Positions 18,818-29,681 of a stretch of DNA of 64,000 nt are shown in pieces. This DNA is from Bacillota bacterium. Lineage in GTDB: Bacteria; Bacillota; JAAYKD01. The stretch lies in the NCBI GenBank assembly GCA_963666425.2, contig OY762825.2, forward strand, positions 800,001 to 864,000, written 5' to 3'. The translations under genes and the position numbers were made by a program. The notes beneath the pieces are model-generated. The model was not told where the DNA came from. It was given only the letters and a program-made list of their open reading frames with translations, and did not search any database. Every line of letters begins with the position of its first letter. Within the stretch, counting starts at the first letter, position 1.

Positions 18818-19657
18818 CTATCGATCTTTGCTTGGCTGTCTGGTTTTCTTTTTGGATATACATAAAAGATGTGTGGATAAACCCAGGATGCTTTCTTCTT
18901 TTTCGCACAAGCGGACAATTCTCATGATACTCTCGCGTTTTTTTTCCTGCTGCCAAGCTGCATCTAAATTCGGAATCAACCAGCAGGGGCCGATGATGCC
19001 GCGAAGATCGGCATCGTAAAAACCGGCAGCTTCTATTTCGTTCTTCAACTCCTGCGGCTGATGGAAGTAAGAAAGGCCCATTGGGTTTTTGGTATGCAAA
19101 CCCGTTTTTACTTCTGTTTCCAGCATAGTATAAAACTCCGGCTCGTCCAGTAGCGCGTTCTGATCGTAGGTTCTGACATATTTTAAGGTAGTTGCATAAC
19201 AGGTAATGGCAGCTGCAAATAAGAGTCCCCCCGGTTTTAACAAACGGCCACACTCCTGCAGGCAAAGCTGTCTCTCTGCTTTTTCGACAATATGATAAAG
19301 CGGTCCGAAGAGCAATATGGCATCGGCGCTCTCAGCGGGACGCGGAATGCTGCGGGCGTCAGCAACCTCTGCCGCTTTCAGGGTAAGTCCGCACGTCTGA
19401 CCAAGCTCGTCTGACATTTCAATGTTCTTTTCTGCTATGTCGTATAAATAAACCTCATATCCGAGTGCGGTAAGGTAATACGAATACTCACCGTAACCGC
19501 CTCCGACGTCATAAATTACAGCAGGAGCCGGCGGCAGCTGCTGCAGGAGTATTTCCTTAGTCCTCTCAAACTCAATCAAGCCGAGTCCGTTCTGCAGCCT
19601 GCCCTTTTCTTTTCCGGTGTTGTAACCGGCGAGAACATCATGATCAATTGATTTCAT
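18818..19657 (-). CDS. Class I SAM-dependent methyltransferase
   Basis: YDVGGGYG, ADAR, LLFGPLYH, LLKPGG. Confidence 0.88.
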   Translation of the reverse strand: MKSIDHDVLAGYNTGKEKGRLQNGLGLIEFERTKEILLQQLPPAPAVIYDVGGGYGEYSYYLTALGYEVYLYDIAEKNIEMSDELGQTCGLTLKAAEVADARSIPRPAESADAILLFGPLYHIVEKAERQLCLQECGRLLKPGGLLFAAAITCYATTLKYVRTYDQNALLDEPEFYTMLETEVKTGLHTKNPMGLSYFHQPQELKNEIEAAGFYDADLRGIIGPCWLIPNLDAAWQQEKKRESIMRIVRLCEKEESILGLSTHLLCISKKKTRQPSKDR

Positions 19658-19686
19658 CCTATTTCCTCCCTTGTGTTGAATAAGTA

Positions 19687-19722
19687 AAACGGCTGAAGGC
19701 TATTTGAGCCTTCAGCCGTTTT
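19687..19722 (-). terminator. Leader terminator upstream of the methyltransferase
   Basis: AAAACGGCTGAAGGCT-CAAAT-AGCCTTCAGCCGTTTT, ~30 nt before the start codon. Confidence 0.75.
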
Positions 19723-19760
19723 GTTCGAAGCTGTTTTCTAGTTAAAAACAGTCATGGGCA

Positions 19761-19838
19761 TCACAGCAAAAACTCGTCGCCTTGCAGGTCTGCGAGTTGT
19801 GCTTGTTGCTGGTTAGTGCGTACTCTGTCGTTGGTCAT
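19761..19838 (-). CDS. Putative leader peptide MTNDRVRTNQQQAQLADLQGDEFLL
   Basis: AAGGAGG upstream (long 12-nt spacing); lies just before the leader terminator. Confidence 0.4.
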   Translation of the reverse strand: MTNDRVRTNQQQAQLADLQGDEFLL

Positions 19839-20213
19839 AATGAGTTTTTGCCTCCTTTGCTTATTTTACTTAAACTACCATATTCAAATCAAAGTGTCAA
19901 TACAGAATATACAAAATCAGACAATCCATCATTCTACTCCTGAAAAACGCTCATACTTTTTTAAAGAAGAAATGATTAAGAATTCTTATCCGTACAATTG
20001 ACGTCGATAAATCGATTCTCTTTCAGCTCACCCTGCTGCACGAATTGACTTATTCCTGATTTTGTTGTATGATAAAAATAAAACGTGTGGTTTTCAGTTG
20101 GTACAACAAACTGCCGGCTAAACCTGATTTTTAGGGTGGAGTACTTCGAAAGGGAGTTTCTGCTCTTTCATTTTAGGCGAGAACAATCGATGAACGAAAG
20201 GAGTCAGATTAAT

Positions 20214-20732
20214 GTGAACACCGTTGTTTACGCAAGCTTAACCAATCTTTGGGGAGAGCTTGGCACGCTGCAGATCGTTCTGTTCCTGCTCGGATTGGTT
20301 TTACTGGTTGTGGAGATGTTCATACCCGGATTCGGCATTGCCGGAGGCTGCGGCATCCTGCTTTTAATTGTTGGCATCCTGATGACGGCGCAAACCCCGC
20401 TTCAGGCGGTTGTAATGATCCTCATACTGCTTTTATTGCTGTCACTGCTTCTTTTTGTGATCATGCATTCAGCCAAAAAAGGAAAATTATCGAAGAAACT
20501 GATTCTTAAATCAGCCTCAAAGCGTGAAGATGGCTACAGCAGCACGAGTGACCATACCGCTTTGCTTGGCAAGGAGGGAATTGCTCTTTCGCTTCTTCGT
20601 CCGGCAGGTATCGGCGAATTTGAGGGGCAGCGTCTCGATGTGGTTTCCGAAGGGCTGTTTCTTGAGCCGGGGACGAAAATCAGGATCGTCGAAACGGCAG
20701 GAAGACGCATTGTTGTGAAACCGATCGAATAA
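20214..20732 (+). CDS. NfeD-family membrane protein (YqeZ-like, short form)
   Basis: VEMFIPGFGIAG, LRPAG...DVVSEG OB-fold; upstream of floA. Confidence 0.85.
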   Translation: MNTVVYASLTNLWGELGTLQIVLFLLGLVLLVVEMFIPGFGIAGGCGILLLIVGILMTAQTPLQAVVMILILLLLLSLLLFVIMHSAKKGKLSKKLILKSASKREDGYSSTSDHTALLGKEGIALSLLRPAGIGEFEGQRLDVVSEGLFLEPGTKIRIVETAGRRIVVKPIE

Positions 20733-20774
20733 ACGGTCAGTCCCGAGGGGACTAGAATGAAAGGAAGGGTTTTC

Positions 20775-21770
20775 ATGGGAATTGAAGTGATTGGTTATCT
20801 GGTGGTTCTTGCGGCTGTTCTCACTGTATTATCATTGTTTTTCAGTTTTGTGCCGGTAGGGCTCTGGATTTCCGCGGCGGCTTCCGGTGTCAAAATCGGT
20901 ATTTTCAATCTGATTGGCATGCGGCTGCGCCGAGTTGCGCCAATTAAGGTTGTGAATCCATTGATCAAGGCGGTCAAAGCCGGCCTCGAACTGAATATCA
21001 ATCAACTGGAAGCGCATTATTTAGCCGGTGGGAACGTCGACAGAGTGGTCAATGCGTTAATTGCCGCACAGCGTGCGGAAATTCCTTTGCAATTTGAACG
21101 TGCAGCCGCGATTGATCTGGCAGGCCGCGATGTCTTGGAAGCAGTTCAGATGAGCGTGAATCCCAAGGTAATTGAAACCCCATTGGTAGCGGCCATTGCG
21201 AAAGACGGTATTGAACTGAAGGCCAAAGCCAGAGTCACCGTGCGGGCAAATATCGATCGGCTGGTTGGCGGTGCCGGCGAACAAACGATTATCGCACGGG
21301 TTGGGGAAGGTATCGTCACCACGATCGGTTCCTCAAATACACACAAAGATGTGCTGGAAAACCCCGACCGTATCTCACAAACAGTTTTGAGCAAAGGTTT
21401 AGACAGCGGCACGGCCTTTGAAATTCTTTCCATTGATATCGCTGACGTTGATGTCGGCCGCAATATCGGAGCCCAATTGCAAACCGATCAGGCTGAAGCC
21501 GATAAGCGCATCGCACAAGCCAAAGCAGAAGAGCGACGGGCCATGGCTGTTGCGCGTGAACAGGAAATGAAAGCAGCCGTTGTAGAGATGCGCGCTAAAG
21601 TGGTCGAGGCGGAAGCCGAGGTTCCCAGAGCGATGGCGCAGGCTTTGCGCGAAGGCAAACTGGGTGTCATGGATTACTATAACATGCAGAATCTCATTTC
21701 CGATACTCAGATGAGAGGTTCCATTGCGAATACCGGTAAAGCGGAGGATTCTTCGCCGCTTGTGAAATAA
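20775..21770 (+). CDS. floA: Flotillin-like protein FloA (YqfA)
   Basis: [43 protein letters not shown]. Confidence 0.95.
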   Translation: MGIEVIGYLVVLAAVLTVLSLFFSFVPVGLWISAAASGVKIGIFNLIGMRLRRVAPIKVVNPLIKAVKAGLELNINQLEAHYLAGGNVDRVVNALIAAQRAEIPLQFERAAAIDLAGRDVLEAVQMSVNPKVIETPLVAAIAKDGIELKAKARVTVRANIDRLVGGAGEQTIIARVGEGIVTTIGSSNTHKDVLENPDRISQTVLSKGLDSGTAFEILSIDIADVDVGRNIGAQLQTDQAEADKRIAQAKAEERRAMAVAREQEMKAAVVEMRAKVVEAEAEVPRAMAQALREGKLGVMDYYNMQNLISDTQMRGSIANTGKAEDSSPLVK

Positions 21771-21808
21771 ATTAGTTATGGGCTAAGAATTGAGGTGGCA
21801 GCTAATTT

Positions 21809-22150
21809 ATGAGTCTATTGAATAATCTCATACTAGAACTTCTTTATAGTAAAAACCCAGATCATTATGATGATTCCACTGCCGAGAAGGTTTTGCAGCC
21901 CAGGCGCAGCGAGCTGCGTCTCACAGCCGCTGAAACGGTTGAGACTTTTCCATCTGACGCCCCGGAAACAACAGCCATAACAGCAGACTCTGTGGACAAC
22001 AATAACAGAGCAGAAGCTGCGGCGCCAACCGATGAGCATAACCAATTGCCTTTCCAATTGACACAACAGCAATTGGTTCAGGGGATCATTCTGGCAGAAA
22101 TCCTGGGGAAACCGGTTTCTAAAAGGCATGGTTTTCGGCGTAATCCTTAG
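21809..22150 (+). CDS. Hypothetical protein (YqfB-like third gene of the floA operon)
   Basis: C-terminal LVQGIILAEILGKPVSKR motif; GAGGTG RBS. Confidence 0.65.
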   Translation: MSLLNNLILELLYSKNPDHYDDSTAEKVLQPRRSELRLTAAETVETFPSDAPETTAITADSVDNNNRAEAAAPTDEHNQLPFQLTQQQLVQGIILAEILGKPVSKRHGFRRNP

Positions 22151-22531
22151 GTAATTTTAAGAGAAAATCCAGCATCGAGGCGTTCGCATGAATTCGCTGC
22201 TGACGTCTCTAGCCGTAGCAGTTCAAACCGCCGCGGACTGCGCAGCAGATCACCCCTTGCCACTCAGCAAATCGAAAAAACAGCAATAACCCAGAAACCA
22301 TCTCCTTTCGGGAGAAGGTTTGGATTATTGCTGTTTATAGTAATATATGTAAAATAATAAACAAGCTTTCGCCGTAAATTGCAGTATGATTGATACAACC
22401 GGGCCAAAGGGCAGCTATTACGGCAAATTGCTCTTGAAACAGGCATGAAAGCAAAAAGGTTGGGAACCCAATCATTTGAACGATTGGGCTTGAAATGGTG
22501 ATAGATGCTTACAATTGGAGGATAAAAACAA

Positions 22532-23644
22532 ATGAATGATACCCTTTCATTTGATACATTAGCGCAAGTATTATTGAAAAAGTACGACAAAAAGATGCTT
22601 TTCTCCGACTGTCAAACAATCCAACTGCATGGAGGAACGTTGGGAGATGTGAAGCTGATTACGGGCACAGCCAAAGCAGCAGACGGGACGGAAGAACCGT
22701 TCTCTCTTGTTTGGAAGAAACAAAAGAAATGGGAACGTCTTGGCGATCCGCAGTCCTGGCGGCGGGAATATGACCTTTATAGTTGCGGGTTCAGCAAAGC
22801 TTTCTCCAAAAGCTTCCGTATACCCGAATGCTACCATGCAGAAATAAACGCTGATGAAATGCAGCTTTGGCTGGAGTATATCGATGGATTGTCGGGCACA
22901 GACCTGACAAACGAAATGCTCGAACAAGCGGCGCAGGAGCTTGGTTCTTTTCAGGGAAGAATATCCAGGCAGCACAATGATTTCAAAGCGATCTCTTGTT
23001 TCGGCGATACAGGGTTTTTAGCCAGGGAATTTAATCAATGGCATACTCAAGCCTACACCTATGATTATCTCCTATCAGAGACTTGCCGTTTACCGATCAT
23101 CATCAAACAAATGCTCAAAGACGGCGCTATTCAGCTGACAGAAGGCAAATCGTTTGCATACAGCGCTCTTCGTTCAGAGTGCTGTGAGATACCTTCGCAC
23201 CTGAAACAAATGATAATCGATATTGACGAGAACAGAAATAAGGTGTTTGCGGAGTTGGAGTCACTGCCGGTCGTCTTGTGTCATCGGGATTTTTGGCTAG
23301 AGAACATATTTTCATCAGACGGGAGCATTGTGCTGATCGACTGGGATGGGGCGGGTTTTGGTTATTTGGGAGAAGATATAGCAAGCCTGATCGTGGACGA
23401 TACGGAAACTGAAAACCTGCATCCCTATTTCCGCAGGCTGATTCCGGCTTATTGCAAGGGTATTTCGCAGTATCTGGATATTCCACTTGCAATGAATAAG
23501 GTTATCTGGCAAATGATCGTGATTAAATTTGGCTACCGGATCGTGCAGAAATATCTGTTTGTAACGTCAGACGATGCAAAAAAAGATTGCATCAACCGGC
23601 TTCAGAGAATTTATGAAATGAAGGATATACAGAAAACGAATTAG
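22532..23644 (+). CDS. Aminoglycoside phosphotransferase / choline kinase-like protein
   Basis: LCHRDFWLEN and LIDWD kinase motifs; GGAGG RBS. Confidence 0.8.
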   Translation: MNDTLSFDTLAQVLLKKYDKKMLFSDCQTIQLHGGTLGDVKLITGTAKAADGTEEPFSLVWKKQKKWERLGDPQSWRREYDLYSCGFSKAFSKSFRIPECYHAEINADEMQLWLEYIDGLSGTDLTNEMLEQAAQELGSFQGRISRQHNDFKAISCFGDTGFLAREFNQWHTQAYTYDYLLSETCRLPIIIKQMLKDGAIQLTEGKSFAYSALRSECCEIPSHLKQMIIDIDENRNKVFAELESLPVVLCHRDFWLENIFSSDGSIVLIDWDGAGFGYLGEDIASLIVDDTETENLHPYFRRLIPAYCKGISQYLDIPLAMNKVIWQMIVIKFGYRIVQKYLFVTSDDAKKDCINRLQRIYEMKDIQKTN

Positions 23645-23934
23645 GCTATCCCGCGGAGCAAAGAGTCCAGCAAAATATCTGCACCCCTCTCGGGTAACTT
23701 CATCCGAAATACTCAATGGGTTTTGGTCAGCGGTTTTGAGCTGAAAAATCAACCCATCCAACGATTTTGCCCATTCAGGCTAACAGATCGACAAACTTTC
23801 ATTTGACGATTGTATTTGTTTCTCTAGACGGAAGAACAATTCCCCCTCGATTGTTTCGGGTTTCATGAGAATCCGAATGTTTCGGATTACATGATTCAAA
23901 CAGAGGGACGCTGCATTGATCCAGATAAAGTGGT

Positions 23935-24573
23935 TCAGTTTTCAATGCCAGACGGCAAGCTTTGCATGAGGGCAAAGAAATATCTCGGTTCACCGGTACT
24001 AAAATACGCATACCAAGCTTCCAGTGTGTCTGCCTGAAAAACACCTAAATGCTCGATAATTTGTTTCGCCCACAACAAAGCTCCGGTGGAACTTGCAGTA
24101 ATAAGGTTGTTATCCGCTACAGAGGGCTTGTCTATATAAAAATCTTGCCCTTGATAGTCAGGAGAAACCATTTCAAGAAATCCCGGTCCATTACTAGTAT
24201 GCGGACGCTTATCCAATAACCCAACGTTGGCAAGTGCTGCGGTAGCCCCACAGATAGCGCAAACCGCTGCACCCAAAGAGAGAAATTCACTTGCTTTTTC
24301 GATGATAGTGCTATGCTTGGGGTCATTCCATGTATTTGCGCCCGGTAATAGCAGCATGCTTGTTTTACTCACAACAATATCATCAATTAGGCAATTGGGC
24401 ACTATTGTCAGTCCGCCCATTGTATTGATTGGCTCTTGAGAATAACTAACCGTTTTGAGCGATACGCGTTGCGCATCCTTTTTGAAAAATCGACCGGAAT
24501 TCAGCTCCGAAATTGCATACCCCAGTTCCCAGTCGGCTAAAGTATCTAGAAGATAAACATAGATTGTAAACAT
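23935..24573 (-). CDS. DJ-1/PfpI family protein (YdeA-like)
   Basis: LADWE, LLPGA, AICGAT, HTSN. Confidence 0.88.
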   Translation of the reverse strand: MFTIYVYLLDTLADWELGYAISELNSGRFFKKDAQRVSLKTVSYSQEPINTMGGLTIVPNCLIDDIVVSKTSMLLLPGANTWNDPKHSTIIEKASEFLSLGAAVCAICGATAALANVGLLDKRPHTSNGPGFLEMVSPDYQGQDFYIDKPSVADNNLITASSTGALLWAKQIIEHLGVFQADTLEAWYAYFSTGEPRYFFALMQSLPSGIEN

Positions 24574-24687
24574 AAATTCCCTCCATTTTCATTGATTTGC
24601 TTGCTTTTAATTCTACCTTGTAATTGTTGACAACAGTATGGCAACAATTTATAATGATAACAAGAAATTTTGAAAGGCGACTATCAG

Positions 24688-25620
24688 ATGAAAGTTGACA
24701 GGCTTGTTAGCATTATTATGATACTCCTTGATAAAAAGCGTATTGGCGCACAGGAATTAGCAGATCTATTTGAAGTTTCACCCCGCACAATCTACCGCGA
24801 CATAGGCACGATCAATGTGGCAGGTATTCCTGTTCGCTCAACATCGGGAGTGGGTGGCGGCTTTGAAATCATGCAGAAGTATAAGATTGATAGGAAAGTT
24901 TTTTCAACTGCCGACCTTTCCGCTATCTTGATGGGCCTTTCCAGTCTTTCCAACATGGTACGAGGTGATGAACTGGTAAACGCCCTTGCGAAAGTCAAGA
25001 GCTTTATTCCTGCCGACAGAGCGAAAGACATTGAGCTCAAAGCAAATCAAATCTATGTAGATTTAAGTCCTTGGATGGGCAATAGAAACATACAACCCTA
25101 TTTAGAAATTATCAAAACAGCTTTACAGGAAAGCAAGCTGCTTTCTTTTGAATATGCAGACCGCTATGGAAATAAAACCGCACGAACAGCCGAGCCGTAT
25201 CAGCTTGTATTGAAAAGTAGTCATTGGTATTTGCAGGGGTATTGTCTCAAAAGAAATGATTATCGCTTATTCAAACTATCCCGCATATCAAACCTAAAAA
25301 TACAAGATGGAATTTTTAAGCCACGAAATTATCAAAAACCGCAGTTGGATTTTACGGATATTTTGGCAACGATGCAAACAAAAATCAAAATTCGTATTCA
25401 CAAATCCGTCATGGACAGGCTACTTGACTATTGCACTTATGAAGACTTTTCGCCAGACGGTGATGAACATTACATTGTTAATTTTCCTTTCATAGAGAAC
25501 GAATACTACTACAATATTCTTTTCGGTTTTGGGGATAAATGCGAGTGTTTAGAGCCGCTGCATATCCGCACAGAAATTAAGCGTAGAATCCATGATATAG
25601 CTGCCTTATACGAAAGTTAA
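24688..25620 (+). CDS. YafY-family HTH-WYL transcriptional regulator
   Basis: FEVSPRTIYRDI, GVGGG, EPYQL, WYLQGYC, RLFKLSRI. Confidence 0.93.
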   Translation: MKVDRLVSIIMILLDKKRIGAQELADLFEVSPRTIYRDIGTINVAGIPVRSTSGVGGGFEIMQKYKIDRKVFSTADLSAILMGLSSLSNMVRGDELVNALAKVKSFIPADRAKDIELKANQIYVDLSPWMGNRNIQPYLEIIKTALQESKLLSFEYADRYGNKTARTAEPYQLVLKSSHWYLQGYCLKRNDYRLFKLSRISNLKIQDGIFKPRNYQKPQLDFTDILATMQTKIKIRIHKSVMDRLLDYCTYEDFSPDGDEHYIVNFPFIENEYYYNILFGFGDKCECLEPLHIRTEIKRRIHDIAALYES

Positions 25621-25904
25621 TCCATGGATTAAGGCGAAAAAAGCAATGTGAGGGGACTTTCTTTTTTTAGCATAAACCTAGAATGACCAACTCTGTGCCA
25701 ACACCCCCGTCCCCTTGGAACACGGATGTGACTGCTTCAGGGCAATTAAGTATACGAGCAAACAAGGTTATGTATCAGGTTCACTAAATGACACATGTTT
25801 TTCCGTCTCGACTAACAAGCCGCTTTGGTTTAGAATATTTCAAAGAATAACACAACGGTTGCTGCTAAAGATTTCCGGATTAATTAGGAAAGAAGTTATG
25901 CTTT

Positions 25905-26906
25905 GTGAAAATTGAACAAAAGACCGACCTCAGCTCAATCATTTCTGAATCCATGCAAAAAAACAAGGTATTTGGTCTTGCAATGTCACTCATCTCAAAT
26001 GGCAAAGTGATTCTTACCAATACCCATGGCATCACAAACAGCATCACGCAAGAGGCGGTTCAACTCAATACTATATTTGAAGCCGCCTCCCTTACAAAAC
26101 CACTTTTTGCTTATCTTGTACTACTGCTTGGTGATAAAGGTCAGATTGATTTAGATATTCCGGTGAGTTACTACCTACCCGAATATGAAATAAGCCTTGA
26201 TTCACGATATAAGCTGATAACGCCTCGAATCATTTTGTGCCACAGTTCAGGGTTTGAAAATTGGAGCGAGAAACCGGTTAGTATTTCTTTTGACCCGGGA
26301 AGTCAGTTTCAATATTCCGGAGAGGCCTATGCCTATTTGCAGAAAGCGGTGGAAAGGGTTACCGGTAAAGATTTAGAACAACTTCTTGCAGAGAACATTT
26401 TTAAACCCATGCAAATGTGTAACAGCGCCATGGTGAGGACCTCCTCGGTAAACGAGCAGTTATCCAATACCTATGACAAAGAAGGCAAAATGGAGCAAAA
26501 ACGAAACCTCTCCAATACCAGTGGGAATAACAAACCCAATGCGGCATATTCCCTTTATACAACCATTGAAGATTATACTCAATTCATATTGAACCTCATG
26601 AATCAAAAAAACATTCCATTACAGCAAAGCAGTTTCAACGATATGATACATGCCCATAATACAATAAATAAAGAGTTGTTTTGGGGACTTGGTTGGGGGA
26701 TTTATGCAAAAGAGAGTAAGCTTCTTTGGCATTGGGGACACAAAGGGGGGTTCAAAGCCTTTGTTTGCTTGGATTTAGAGACAAAATCAGGGGTTTTAGT
26801 ATTTACAAACAGTTTTAACGGGTTACCTGTTTGTTTTGAAATCGCAAGCTGTGTTAGTGGTATAGATTTCACTCCGATTCAGGAATTCATAGTAAGAGAA
26901 CATTGA
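25905..26906 (+). CDS. Serine hydrolase (class C beta-lactamase family)
   Basis: ASLTK (SxxK), FQYSG, WHWG. Confidence 0.85.
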   Translation: MKIEQKTDLSSIISESMQKNKVFGLAMSLISNGKVILTNTHGITNSITQEAVQLNTIFEAASLTKPLFAYLVLLLGDKGQIDLDIPVSYYLPEYEISLDSRYKLITPRIILCHSSGFENWSEKPVSISFDPGSQFQYSGEAYAYLQKAVERVTGKDLEQLLAENIFKPMQMCNSAMVRTSSVNEQLSNTYDKEGKMEQKRNLSNTSGNNKPNAAYSLYTTIEDYTQFILNLMNQKNIPLQQSSFNDMIHAHNTINKELFWGLGWGIYAKESKLLWHWGHKGGFKAFVCLDLETKSGVLVFTNSFNGLPVCFEIASCVSGIDFTPIQEFIVREH

Positions 26907-27222
26907 TTCGTGCAGTTCTAGACTTCTATGATTGCTTAACTTACTCTTGGATCCAATATTAACACTTCCGGAAATAGTATAATATTAAAAAGCAGAGCCC
27001 TTTACTTTAACTAGGTAATGGCTCTGCTTTTGGTTTTCAACTTTAAGTAATCAAGTTGAGTTGAAGGGAGTGAAGAAGAAGAGGTTATTTCAAATGTGTA
27101 CTTATCTAGTGCAAAACGGTTTTATTCAGAAGGAAAACCGTTAAAAAAAGCGAATGATTATTTTAGCGAAATAAATAGGGAGCAATTACACTTAAAATGT
27201 TAGTAGAGAGTGGAGGGAAATC

Positions 27223-27609
27223 ATGAAGGACATCATTATTACAACCGGAGATCTCAAAAGAGAGTATGAGATTATTGGTCCAGTGTATTTTCAAATCTCC
27301 AATAAGGGAATATTTAGCAATCCCCTGAGCGTATTGGTAACCCAGTATTCCAAAGAGTTGCAACAAATGCAAAAGAACGGTGCGATTTCCGAGGAAAGAT
27401 CGGATTGGGGTTTCTTATACGGTGAATGGTCTGTAGGACAAAGTGATTTCGAAAAAGCATTCTATGTAGCGACACAAGAATTGAAGAAAAGGGCTGATAT
27501 GCTGAATGCAGATGCAGTCATTGGTATGAGGCAAGATATTGATTTAGACACCAATGGCTTTACCTTTTTCTATTTACAAATGTATGGCACTGCGGTAAGA
27601 TTTTTATAA
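27223..27609 (+). CDS. YbjQ / heavy-metal-binding domain protein
   Basis: ITTGDL..YEIIG, ADAVIGMR.D, MYGTAV. Confidence 0.75.
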   Translation: MKDIIITTGDLKREYEIIGPVYFQISNKGIFSNPLSVLVTQYSKELQQMQKNGAISEERSDWGFLYGEWSVGQSDFEKAFYVATQELKKRADMLNADAVIGMRQDIDLDTNGFTFFYLQMYGTAVRFL

Positions 27610-27654
27610 GGACTTAGCTAGGAAATTGTGCATTAAATCAGATGAGGTGAAGCT

Positions 27655-27909
27655 ATGATCTATATGGACTTAACCAAAAAAGCGATGCAGCTTTGATTTG
27701 ATGCTCACAAAGGGCAAACGGATAAAAGCGGATTGCCCTTTGTGTTTCATCCCATGCATGTAGCAGAAAAGATGCAAGATGAAATCACGACAATCTCTGC
27801 CCTTTTACACGATGTAATCGAGGATACAAAATACACCGTTAAAGATTAACGAGAGATGGGTTTCCCTGAGCAGGTTGTGCAAGCAGTTTCTTTATTAACA
27901 AAGCATAAG
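27655..27909 (+). pseudogene. Small alarmone hydrolase (HD-domain, Mesh1/SAH-like) pseudogene
   Basis: AHKGQTDKSGLPFVFHP...ALLHDVIEDT with two in-frame stops; 3' end replaced by an IstB fragment. Confidence 0.8.
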
Positions 27910-28152
27910 GTGCTTATTACCAGATTGGCAACTTATGAATACATTTCCGAACATCGGAGCATTTTTGTTACCGGCGCAACCGGCAGCGGCAAAACCTATA
28001 TGGCCTGTGCTTTTGGCATAGGAGCAGGCAAACAGTACTTCATTGTGCGATATATTCGTCTTCTAAATTTTCTTCTGGAATTGGAAGTGGCACACAGCGA
28101 GGGGAAATTCCCCTTGGAATATAAGGGACGCATAGAAAATAAAGGTTTTTAG
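27910..28152 (+). mobile_element. IS21-family IstB ATPase fragment
   Basis: RLATYEYISEHRSIFVTGATGSGKTYMACAFG...VRYIRL. Confidence 0.75.
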
Positions 28153-28278
28153 CTGCAGGCAAACGAATCAAATATCGCTGATGATTTTTACTTTTGGCGT
28201 GTTAGAGTAAACAAACAAGAATCATCAGGGAGAAAAAGGATATTTGCAAAACAAACTACAACAGAAAGGGATGGCGAG

Positions 28279-28767
28279 ATGAGCGAAATACTGGCAAACG
28301 ATTTAAGATTACAGTACAAGAAAGCTTTCAGCACAATCCGTAAGATCGTGGAGACTTTTTCAGAAGATCACTGGCGGGAGCCACACGGAGATATTTACTA
28401 CATCCCCTGCCGAATCGCCTATCATTTGGCTGTTGTCATCGACAACTATCTCGCCGGCGGATACAAAGACAAGGATTTTGCCGCCAAACTCCCCTATGGC
28501 AAATGGATCGACGCCACGGCTGAGAATCTTCCTGATAAAAATGAATTTCTTGCCTACTTCGACGGCGTACTCGGCAGGGCTGAGAAGGTTTTGTCCACTC
28601 TTAACGACGACATCCTGATCTCAGCGATTGAGCCGGAACGGACCTGGGTAGGCGCGAGCCAGATGGGGATGCACTTGTATATAATGCGGGAGTTATCCGA
28701 CCACACAGGTGAACTGAACAAAATGCTGATCGAAGATGGTGGACAGGATGTCTGGATCGCCAGATAA
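28279..28767 (+). CDS. DinB-like metalloprotein
   Basis: IAYH and ELSDHTGEL His pattern of the DinB/YfiT superfamily. Confidence 0.65.
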   Translation: MSEILANDLRLQYKKAFSTIRKIVETFSEDHWREPHGDIYYIPCRIAYHLAVVIDNYLAGGYKDKDFAAKLPYGKWIDATAENLPDKNEFLAYFDGVLGRAEKVLSTLNDDILISAIEPERTWVGASQMGMHLYIMRELSDHTGELNKMLIEDGGQDVWIAR

Positions 28768-28893
28768 AGCGATGCCGCTGGCTGACTCAGCCCTAACAGC
28801 TCGGTAAATGTCAGGAATGCTGTTTATGATCTTCTGTAATGACTTCCCGAATCTACCTTCGGCTCTGTTCCCCCTGTCTCCTGTACATTTAGC

Positions 28894-28957
28894 AACACCT
28901 CCTGGGATAAATTGACTGCGGTTTGCTAACAACAGCCGGTTTACCAGAGGAGGTGTT
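28894..28957. repeat. Long hairpin, related to the copy at 31273-31344 (probable IS200-type end)
   Basis: AACACCTCC...TGACTGCGGTTTGC.AACAACAGC...GGAGGTGTT. Confidence 0.5.
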
Positions 28958-29020
28958 TTGTTTTATCGGGTTTTTTCTTAGTGCAATGAAAAAGCTGCTG
29001 AAATCAGGGAGGGTTAAAAT

Positions 29021-29638
29021 ATGGATTTTTATGAGGCGATTGACAAACGGCGTATCGTCCGCAATTGGAAAGAAGAGGCCGTTTCGCAGAAGTCTGTGCA
29101 GCGGATCATTGCTGCCGGCCTGAAAGCGCCCAGTAACGACCATCTGCGCAATTGGGAGTTTGTTGTTCTGCATAGTCAGCAAGAAAAAGAAAACGCTCTG
29201 CAATTTGTGAAAGCACAAGCCACAAAACAAGGAGAAAATAAAGTAATTACCACGCCCGAAACGCCGGCGCAAAAGATGTATGCCTATGCAGTCCCCCGGC
29301 AATATACCATGCTGAGCAACGCACCCTTTCTGGTAATCCCGTTGTTCAAAGCCAATGTAAACCTTTTTCAGGCAGTATCGGTAAATGGTCTCAACAGCTT
29401 TGCTTCTATTTGGTGCGTCGTTGAAAACATGTTACTGGCGGCGACAGCAGAAGGTCTGGCCTGCTCCCTGCGTATTCCGGTAGGAGAAGAAGGCAACAAA
29501 GTCACAGCGGTTTTAGGTGTGCCAGAGGGCTATCTGATGCCGTGTTATCTCGGCATTGGCTACTCTGCGGAGGATGCGTCATTAATTGAACAGCATACCT
29601 ATTCGGCAGAGCAAAAAATGCACTTTGGCAAGTGGTAA
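29021..29638 (+). CDS. Nitroreductase family protein
   Basis: RRIVR, KAPSNDHLRNWEF, ENMLLAATAEGL. Confidence 0.88.
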   Translation: MDFYEAIDKRRIVRNWKEEAVSQKSVQRIIAAGLKAPSNDHLRNWEFVVLHSQQEKENALQFVKAQATKQGENKVITTPETPAQKMYAYAVPRQYTMLSNAPFLVIPLFKANVNLFQAVSVNGLNSFASIWCVVENMLLAATAEGLACSLRIPVGEEGNKVTAVLGVPEGYLMPCYLGIGYSAEDASLIEQHTYSAEQKMHFGKW

Positions 29639-29681
29639 TCTTTCAAGGATTTTGAACCTAAGCAGACGGGGAGGAACCATC

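Noticed and set aside
22277-22460. Possible c-di-GMP-I riboswitch upstream of the APH-like gene
   Set aside because: Only scattered GGCAAA/GAAA words in the wrong order; the hairpin at 22277-22336 is more simply a terminator
24688-25620. WYL regulator as a marker of an anti-phage system
   Set aside because: It is the common YafY-type regulator paired divergently with a DJ-1/PfpI gene; no defence genes are adjacent
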